Source: Phoronis australis (taxonomy: Eukaryota > Animalia > Phoronida). From it: a DNA stretch of 64,000 nt. This document shows positions 39,132 through 48,247 of this stretch, in pieces. The translations under genes and the position numbers were made by a program. The stretch's first letter is position 1. Each line of letters starts with the position of its first letter. The notes beneath the pieces are model-generated. The model ran no database searches. It was given only the letters and a program-made list of their open reading frames with translations, and was not told where the DNA came from. Location of the stretch: NCBI GenBank assembly GCA_002633005.1, contig NMRA01000254.1, forward strand, positions 1-64,000, given 5' to 3'.

Positions 39132-40879
39132 TTTTTATACGCCCACATATTTATATGTGGACGCATTATGCCGTCATCTCCGTCCGTCCTTCCGTCCGTC
39201 CGTTTGTCCGTCCGGGCGGCGTCCGCTGGTCTTTCTCCAAAACCCTTTGACATACGTTCATGAAATTTGGCACATATGTTTCATTCATGAATGGGACGGC
39301 ATGCGCGAACTTTCGGACGGATCCGACTACCGGTGTGCCCCCTTGTGGCAATTTTAGTTTTTTACGCTTACGGTTGTATCTTCAAAAGTCCTGAACAGAT
39401 TTTCATGAAATTTGGTATGTAGGCACCTATTAGTGAGATGACGCTATCCTCCCGTTTTCGGATGGATTCGACGTACTTTGCGCCACCTAGTGGCCATTTT
39501 TACTGTTTTCGAGTCTGTTTTTGCGTCCACCCCTCTATCAACCAAACCGCTCAAAGGATGATTTTGAAAATTGGCATGTATGTGCTTACTATGAAGAAGA
39601 CGGTTGACGATAATTTTCCGACGATTTCAACTACTGTGGCGCCTTCTAGTGGCAGTTTTAATTTTTGAGCCTATGGTTGTATCTCCTAAACCGTTGCCAG
39701 GATCTTTACGAAATTTAGTATTTTATATGACGTTAACAATGGACGACGACAACCTTTGGACAGATTCGAATACCGGTGTTCCCCCAAGTGGCAATTTGTT
39801 TTTTTTTTACGTTTACCTTTGTATCTTCAAAAGTCCTTAACGGATTTTCATGAAATTTAATATGTAGGCACCTATTAATGAGGTGACGCTATCCTCCCGT
39901 TTTCGGACGGATTCGACGTAGTTTGCGCCACCTAGTGGCCATTTTTACTGTTTTCGAGTCTGTTTTTTTGCGTCCACCCCTCTATCAACCAAACCGCTCA
40001 AAGGATGATTGTGAAAATTGGCAGGTATGTGCTTACTCTAAAGAGGACGGTTGACGATGATTTTCCGACGATTTCGACTACTGTGGCGCCTCCTAGTGGC
40101 AGTTTTGTTTTTGTTGCGCCTATGGCTGTATCTTCCAAACCGTTCGCAGGATCTTTACTTAATTTAGCAAGTTTATTTATATGATATTGACTACGGATGA
40201 CGACGACTTTTGGACAGATCTGACTACTGCTGTGCCCCCTAGTGGCAATTTTGTTTTTTTTTACGTTTAACTCAGTATCTTCAAAGTTCTTCAACAGATT
40301 TTCATAAAATTTTAAATATAGGCATCTATTGGTGTGATAACGCTATCTTTCTGTTTTTGGATGGAATCGAGGTATTTTGCACCACCTAGTGGCCATTTTT
40401 CCTGTTTTTAAATCCCTTTTTCGGTGTGCATCCCTGTATCAACCAAATCATTTGAAAATTGGCATATATGTTCTCTGGCAGTGTGAAGACGACCTTTGAT
40501 GATGGTGACTGACTACTGTTGTGCCTCCTAGTTGTAGCTTTGTTTTGATTCCATAGTTATATCTCCTAAGCCCACTGCAGGATCTTATAAATTTAGTAAG
40601 TGTATTTATATGAAGATAACAACAGACGACGACGACTTTAAGGCGGATCCAACGGACACTGTGCCCACTAGTGGCAATTTCATTTTATTAATCTGTTTTC
40701 CTTTGTTTCTTTGAAGTTCCTTGACAGATTTTTATGAAATATGTCATTTTCCTGTTTTTGGATGGAATGTATGTTTTGCGTCATCTAGGCCATTTTTACG
40801 ATACAAATAAATAACCCTAAAACCACACCATTTGCAATGCATTCGTGAGCGCATTTCAACGCTTCGCGTTGCTCTTGTT
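39132..40879 (+). mobile_element. Helentron-associated non-autonomous element (HINE/DINE-1-like) with a central tandem array
   Basis: 5' T-run plus subTIR/hairpin (ATACGCCCACATA...TATGTGGACGCAT), a (GTCC)n microsatellite at about 39180-39225, and a central array of about 150-bp units. The 3' end has a subTIR GTGAGCGCAT, a stem-loop CAACGC-TTC-GCGTTG, and ends in CTTGTT. Confidence 0.85.
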
Positions 40880-41372
40880 AGTTGTGCATATCAAACGGCC
40901 TCTAACGTGCTTCCAATGTAGACTGTATATAAAAAATTTGAAAGGAGAAAAATAAAGTTTATCCACCTGTCAATCGAACTCCATGTATGTATCTGTGTCC
41001 GTCTGTTTGTTTTTCCGTTCTTCCGACCGTCGGTCTGTTTGTCTAACGACAAGATCGTCATATGCTTGCTTTAAAACATGATACTTCTTGGTATTCCGTG
41101 CTCGTCTATTAGAAAAATTTCAGAAAACATCTGACGAAATGTTTCCAAGATTATTCCCACCAGCAAACTAATGGTGCGGACAATTCTTGCTGTTCCCTCC
41201 TACGAAGCCTGTTTGTATTCCTCAATCACACACATTCTGAGTGTTTCAAAAGTGGCTGGCTTTTTCATTTCCATAATTATGCTTTTTCCTGCAAATTATT
41301 TCTTCGCATCTAAAGTGTGCAATTTTTCTGCACAGTTGGTATTTTCCATAGATCACTGGGTTTTGATATTTT

Positions 41373-41432
41373 GATATGATATGATATGATATGATGTATT
41401 TAATATGATATGTGATATGATATGATATGATA
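41373..41432. repeat. (GATAT)n microsatellite
   Basis: Imperfect pentanucleotide run. Confidence 0.9.
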
Positions 41433-41499
41433 AACGTTATTGAAGATATACCGTTAACACACGCAACTCTATTATTCTATGTAGCAAACAAAGCAATAA

Positions 41500-41627
41500 T
41501 ACACGCGCGCGCGCGCGCGTGAACAAACGCTCACACGCACAAGCACGCACACGTACAAGCACACACACGTACAAGCACACACACGCAAACACACATGCAC
41601 ATACACGCACAAGCACACACGCACAAG

Positions 41628-41672
<45 letters not shown>
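41500..41672. repeat. Compound (CG)n/(CA)n microsatellite
   Basis: Alternating purine-pyrimidine tract ending in a pure (CA)n run. It explains the CV- and HT-repeat ORFs here. Confidence 0.97.
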
Positions 41673-41674
<2 letters not shown>

Positions 41675-41805
41675 CTAAACAGAAGACTAAAAACTGTGTA
41701 TAACTGCGTGTAGGATACAGATAGTGAAATTGATTCATTCTATAATCAAAGAATCGCAGAACACTTATCGATTTTTGCAACTGTGCCTCGCCGAGCTATT
41801 TCTTT

Positions 41806-44151
41806 TTTATTTATTTTTTTGGTTAAAACATTTATTAATTCAGCCAACCAGTACATAGTTGTGCAGCAATATGAAATCTAGTTAAGTGTACATCAAACAA
41901 ATTACGAACATTATCGGACCCTATAAAAGCTAGTTAGGCAAAAAAGAAGACCACCTTGCCTGGAATCTCTCAAGATCCAATTTATCGTTGTAAATAATTT
42001 TTCCAGGTTGTAGTAATCACATACCTCACGTAAAAATGACTGAAAATTGGGCTTAGCCTATTGCAGTCTTTGCCTATATAAATGAAATTTCGCTAAGCAA
42101 AGAATTAAATTTACAACTTCAAATATACAACCTGGGTCTCCAAACAAAAGGGAAATTGCACTGATTTACCATCCATGTTTTTAAACATCCCCAAGATTTC
42201 TGAACAAGTGAACATTCCCAATACAAATGTAGAACTGTTTCTTCATGTTGCTCACAGAAAGAACATAAAGACGATTCACTAACACCTTTTTTCTTTAAAT
42301 AAGAGTTTGTACCAATAAGTCTGTGGTTGATACGGAATTGAAACCATCTGAGTCTGACATCGGAAGTACAATGAATAATGATAAATTACAGAATAATTTT
42401 TTTCCCAGATTGAGTATCATCGCATAAGTTAATTTCTCTCTCCCACTTCAATTCCACGACAGGTTTTACATACAATTTGGAAATGAATAGTTCATAGATT
42501 TCCCCGTCCCTTTATTTTCCAAGGAGATTCGAAAAATATGTTCTGAAAAAAGTGGAGTGACCATAGTACTCTTAGATGGTTCCAAGAACGAAGTATTGAA
42601 CTTCGAATTCCATAAAAATGAGTAATACAAGAACAAAACTGAAAACGTGTACAAAAGATATGATAATCATAAATATGTCCTTTATCAGGGTCAATTAAAT
42701 CGTATACGTACCGTATACCCATTTGAAACTACTCGTTCCAAAAAAATGGACTACTGTCTATACAATTTTGGTGTTATACCACAAAGGTTGGTACAAAGGG
42801 TCATCTATTTCACTCAAATTGATAAATTCGTATCAGATATAAAAATATCCTTCCAAAAAATATTCTTAGTACTGTTAGATACTTCAAGGAAAAAACAAGA
42901 ACCTAACTGAAAAGAGTCATTTTTATATTAGGAATAATTTAACATAAAATATTTAGCCAACAAGAAGTATTGTTATAATAATTTTTGAAGAATCTTCGAA
43001 TCCAAGTCAGTTTAATAGCTTTGACAAATGACACAATATGGACCATATTCCCACCTCCATCTTCAGATTTCTGTACCATGGTTTTTCTAGAGATTCTATC
43101 AGAAGAGGTACCCATATAAAATTAAAAAATATTTTTTCAATGTCCTTAAAAAAGTAGCACTTGGAAGAGGAAGTGTGTAAAATAGGTGAATCAATTTTGG
43201 TAAAAAAAAAGATTTGACAACCGTTATCTTACCAAAGGCAGATAAATTTCTTTTTGACCAATTTTCAATGCCTTTTCTAACCTCGTTTAATTTTGCATCG
43301 TAGTTTAAGTGAATCATGTCCTGTAAGTTGACAGAGATGTGAACTGGGAACTTGCCAATTTTAAATCTTTTTCACAGCAAAGCTTATCACCACAACATAT
43401 CTTAGAACCAAACCATATACAAACAGTTTTATCGATATTGGGTGTCAAACCAGAATTCTTAGCAAACTGATCAAGAAAGTTAAGTGACGATTTTAAAGAG
43501 GTCTCTGAACCATCTAGAAAGAGGACCGTGACGTCTGCATATTGCATTAATTTATACTCTAAAGAGTATACTTTTATGCCTTTAACATTCTCGCATTGCC
43601 TCAACATAGATGCCATAATTTCGGCACACAACAAAAAGATAAGGTGAAAGGGGATCCCCTTGTCTGCAACCTCGGCAAATGTTAAAGTACTTATACGTAA
43701 AGCCATACTGAATGACCGAAAGTTGGACACTTTCATTAAGTATTGTGAACCAACGAATAATATCGTCACCAAAATTGAAATAGTGTAGTACTTTCTTAAG
43801 AAATCCCCAGGACACAGAATCAAAGGTTTTTTCAAAATCAATTAATACCAGAAGTCCGGGAATATCCTTAACTTGAGTATATTGTAAGATGTCATAAATC
43901 ACTCTGGTGTTCTCCCCGATAAAACGACCTGGGAGAGGATGAATTAACTTATTTAAAATAGAGTTTATCCTTTGTGCAATACATGCTAATAATAGTTTAA
44001 AACTTGAATTTAGTAAGGAGATTGATCTCCAATTTTTAATGTATTCACGTGGTTTCTTGCCCTTAGGAATCAAAGTAATGACACCTTGACGCATAGTGGT
44101 AGGGAGACGGCCGGTTCGAAAACTGTAATTAAAAGATTTGATCAAAAATGG
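41806..44151 (-). mobile_element. 5'-truncated L1/Tx1-clade non-LTR retrotransposon (decayed ORF2: RT plus C-terminal zinc-binding region), with A-rich tail and 14-bp TSD
   Basis: RT motifs MRQGVITLIPKG, NWRSISLLN, GRFIGEN, LIDFEKTFDSVSW, GCRQGDPLSPYLF and QYAD. C-terminal WFQFRINHRLIGTN...CSFCEQHEETVLHLYWEC at about 42200-42350. Multiple frameshifts. AATAAA plus an A-rich tail at about 41806-41840. TSD CGAGCTATTTCTTT at 41792-41805 and 44152-44165. Confidence 0.93.
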
Positions 44152-45022
44152 CGAGCTATTTCTTTGTATTTTCTCGTGCATAAGCAACGCCTGATTTCAA
44201 ATCACGAAGTGTTTCGTCTTGCCGTGCCTGTAGTTTTTGCAAAATTTCATTTCGGAAATCGCTATAAAGATTGTCAACTTCTCATTTACACTCTTCACGT
44301 CTGTTATCGATATCTGTCAGCACTCTGGCGCTCTTGCTGCAGATAACGTCTGTTCAGTAGCCCTCTTGCGATATTTTACGACACTTTTGATATCAGCCCC
44401 GGTCTTCCGAACTTCTTCCTCTTTCTCAATAACTTCATGCTGATCGTGGTTAAGAACTTTGCGCAGCAAACAAAGTGGCTTTTTACAATCTTTGGAGTAG
44501 ATCTTCAAAAGTTCGTTACCCGAGTTCGGTGCCTTGATCTTTTCTGTGGCGCTGGATGTCGTCAAAGTAATTTACATTTTTCACGTCCTTCAGTTTGACG
44601 ACGCAGTGGTCAAACGTACATCTTGTGTAGCAATGGTTATAAGCGCAGTCTCGACACATGTTTTCGTTGCACTCTGTGCACACTGAAATGGCACGCACTT
44701 CTTCAGTTGCAAATCGTTTGCAAGCATCACACCGCTTTCTATCAATGTTTTTAGCAAAGAGATCGCCAATCTCACTCAAGTGAAAATTCCGCGTGAATCC
44801 TTTCGCCCCATTTTCAGGGACATTGGTTATAGATCTGCCTGCAGGACAACAGATTGTCTTTCTGGAGTTTTCAGGCATTGCAGTACAGCCAGGATTTCCC
44901 TTATAAGAACATGATATGAGCTACCTCAGACATCCTTCACAAAACGAATGCAGATCGTCACATGGCATGTACAAGCGCCCCAGACATATTGGACATTCAA
45001 GCATTTTGATGAGCTAGTCCAT
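44152..45022 (-). pseudogene. Intronless TRIM/RBCC pseudogene (RING, B-box 1, B-box 2, coiled coil), continuing past the LINE at about 41791-41690
   Basis: From ATG 45022: MD*LIKMLECPICLGRLYMPCDDLHSFCEGCLR* (RING), ICCPAGR...VPENGAKGFTRNF, CDACK...AISVCTECNENMCRDCAYNHCYTRCTFDH (B-box 1), a frameshift, then ELLKIYSKDCKKPLCLLRKVLNHDQH (B-box 2) and helical sequence. Several in-frame stops. Confidence 0.85.
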
Positions 45023-45034
45023 CTTTTTATTTAA

Positions 45035-46664
45035 AAGAGAATGCCACCCGATTTAATCAGTCTTTATTACCGTCTTAATCGGTCTATATCCACATCGCCT
45101 CTTATACGGTCGACATCACCTTGCCGAGAGGTGTCGCGTTAACTTGTGAGGAAGTTGAGGAACGACGCAGTGACGTCAGTGGTTCGTCTGCAGAGTGAAT
45201 GCCGCTATATTTCGGTGCATTGTTCCCACTTGTCCGAACTATAAAGCTGCAAAAAAGCGGGTATATCGTTTTTTCGACTTCCTCGAGAGCCCGAAATGCT
45301 TAGGAAGGCTCGCGGTAGGGAAGAATGAAAGGTTACGCTGTTAATAGCAAGTATGAGGAAATGAAACATCTCCGTGTCAGACTCTGTGGCCGGCATTTCG
45401 TCGACAGTGTTTTTCTGACGAATTCCGGCTTACCAAAGAAGTATCCATTCGTTCCGTTTCCTGTGTGTGTTCACAACGCCTCTTTAGTATTTTTTGATTA
45501 GTGTATTCCGATTCGAACTGATAGCCTGTGAAACCTAACGATCCGACTCGTGAAGTCTTCGTCGGATGAGCTCTTAACTAAGTAGGGATTGGCACCAAGC
45601 GAGTTGCCATGTCTGCATTCTGTTTCAAAATGAATTATTCTCATCCTAACCAATGCTTATATAAAACTGAAACAAAATCTGTCTCATTAGGTACAATTTG
45701 TAATGCCTTTGCAGTATTCGTGAGTGCGAATGTTGAGAAGCCAGCAATGAATAAACCACTGCGTTACCGGCTTTTGATACCGGCAATAAAGGTATTTACT
45801 AATTGATAATTGACCGGGCATGCTAATTCAGTGGTTGCTGAAAGAAAGCTGTTGTGGAATTACTCGATTTTATATGCTATGGTCACATGTTATAGGGGAA
45901 TCTTTATTTAGAAATACAAATACATTATTCAAATCATTGTCACTGTACAACCTTTGTCTTGACGATCTGTGGAAGGGGAACCTGACTTCGCGGCCCCCGA
46001 CAAGTAAGTAGATTTTGAGTTTCGTGGCTAATTCACATGAATAATTACGTGCACATTATTTCTTTGGCTCACAATTATAGTTTTTTCGTGACTGGAGGCT
46101 TAATTTCCAACTCAAGTTTGTTTATGTTCGTGCCAGTCCCGGCGGCCGCGACGGGCCTGATCGGGTTCCGAGCCACTGGCCGGAATAACAAGTGTTTTGT
46201 GGGTTTAGAACTCAAAAAATCACAAGTCTAAACAACACAGTTCTAGGTTCTCCTGTCCGTATTTCACGGAAGAGTACTTCGAATTTATCTCCGAACAGAC
46301 CCCAACTCCTGCTACGGACCTTGGTAAATTGGCCTGCCGAACTTTGTAGGCTACGGTGTGTCCAAATACCTATAAATCCGTAACAGCGAAATAAAACAAC
46401 AGAACTCGGTGTATTTTTAAGGGTTTTACATCGAAGTTTAATGATTTATAGGTGTTGAACGATGAATTCAAGCGATAAGCTGACACCAGTAACCCGTGTT
46501 GTGAACTGCTGAACAGACTACATTTGAAACCAATGACGTCATTGGATAATTTCAACACCGTCTGCCGTCAGGTGTCAGGTAACACAACCGAACGTGCCGT
46601 TATGGAGTAAAACTACTCGATCTAAATTGATGCAAAATAGGTTGTTTTTGGGTGGCATTCTCCT
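45035..46664. mobile_element. Non-autonomous Kolobok-type DNA transposon, 1.63 kb
   Basis: TTAA at 45031-45034 and 46665-46668. TIRs AAGAGAATGCCACCC / AGGAGAATGCCACCC (14/15) start with purines, as in Kolobok. Decayed SSSDEDF / GYQFESEY coding remnant on the minus strand at about 45500-45575. Confidence 0.8.
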
Positions 46665-47724
46665 TTAAGGCCATCGCGAATATCGCTACTCTTGACCTGC
46701 AATGTGAAAAGCTGCCGTAGACGTATTGGCAATGCCGGCGAGGAAATGATCAAGTTGCGGGCAAACAAAACTGGTCTTAATCAGCAAATTATCAATCAAA
46801 ATTTCTGGGAAATCTCACAGTAAGTGCTTCCAAATAGTGAAGAAATACGTGTACTGTCCGAAAACTGACAGATTGCGCGAAACCAACTGCGCTGTATTGA
46901 TGGTGAGGAAAGATGGTAACTGAGTTGATTCCTGTGAAAATTGTATCAGTCGTTCTCTGTTGGTTTTTTGGAGTTCAAAGCCACTGCCTCGGACCACGAG
47001 TCAGGCAACTTTTAAAAGATTTAATTATCTCACACCGTAAAGTAGAAATTATGAGAGAGAATTTCTAGAAGTTTTGACTTATAATTTGCGATGAACGACA
47101 GTCTTAGACATTGATGCGTTCTGTGGACCAAGTTTCAATTAAGCGAAATCTGGTAAAAGTGTGAAGGCGAGTATATCGCGAGTAGGCTCAATACCTAGCT
47201 CATTATCCTAACCTAACAAGATGGCGGCCACTGAAGTAATTCGGTGAGGTAGAATTCACAAATTATGGGATAGAATTTACTGTTTCCGTCACAAAGGCGA
47301 AATTTCTTGCCACAAGTTCTTCGTTAAAGTGACAATAAACTAGCCGTCCTGCACTAAAACAATTTTTGGTTTAAATAATATATAGTTAAGAAGAGGGACT
47401 GAAATCGTTCTTATAGTCAAATTGGATGTGAGTTCAAGGCTACGATAGAAATGACATTCTGTTATTGGTTCAAACAAACCTCTACAAGTTGGATTGTAAC
47501 GAGCACGATCTCAAGGGGTAACCGGGAATGTCAGTCATCACTTCTCATCTGAGTAACGTATAAGTTGAAACCAATTTTAAAGCGGAAATTTTCCAAAAAT
47601 CAAAATGCTCGTTTCGTGGACGGAACGCAGGTTCATAGTCGCCGTTATTTTTCAGGTCTGTGCAACCACAGAGCTCTACACCTCTGGCCTTTATATTCGC
47701 CAGAAGCAATTGGATGGTCGGAAT

Positions 47725-48118
47725 CAGGGCCCGGTACTCGAAACGAACTCGAAACTATTTTTGACAATTTCTCTGCTCCTTTTGTGCGAACTTAAGATAA
47801 TTGGTTATCAGACTGTGCTCGAATACATTATAGTTTATGCATAGGAGTTTCTAGTTCAAGTTTGCCCTTGAAGACCCTTATATTCGTGCTACAAACTCGA
47901 GTAAAAACTCAAAATTTCGAGTTCAAGCTTGAACTTATATCTTTAATATTGGGTTTACTAACTGTGAACTAAGGGCAATTAATTATCTACGTAAGTTATT
48001 GTGTACTTTAGCATAGAATAATAGACACTTATCTTGATTTCGCCCAAAAGTAGAGTAGAAAATGCCAAACCTAATTTCGAGTTCCATTTCGAGTAAAAAG
48101 ATTGGAGACCGGGCCCAG
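47725..48118. mobile_element. Foldback MITE with C(A/T)GGGCCCGGT termini (related copies at about 51740-51960 and 61159-61530)
   Basis: Terminal inverted repeats GGGCCCGGT...ACCGGGCCC. The internal arms are inverted copies of each other and align by eye with 61200-61500. Confidence 0.7.
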
Positions 48119-48247
48119 AGAGGCCAATAGTTGTGTTCACATAAGAAAGTGACACTTGTGACGTCACATTACTGTTACGTTTTCACTGAAAACTGTGTAA
48201 ATATCAAGCCACGCGGGAGTTTTCTGTTGTCTTTTTATGAATTTCAC

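Noticed and set aside
41437-41780. Low-complexity ORFs (CVCV/HTHT; also LSVC at 61849..62319 and poly-Y/T at 54811..55149)
   Set aside because: These are translations of microsatellites.
43582-45022. A novel retroelement or chimeric retrogene encoding a TRIM-reverse transcriptase fusion
   Set aside because: The 14-bp TSD brackets only the LINE part, and TRIM-like sequence resumes on the far side. This is a simple insertion, and both parts carry stops and frameshifts.
48131-48247. N-terminal 39-aa extension in the ORF track for the 934-aa ORF
   Set aside because: It starts at TTG. The first ATG (48248) precedes a signal-peptide-like stretch and lines up with the paralogue's start.
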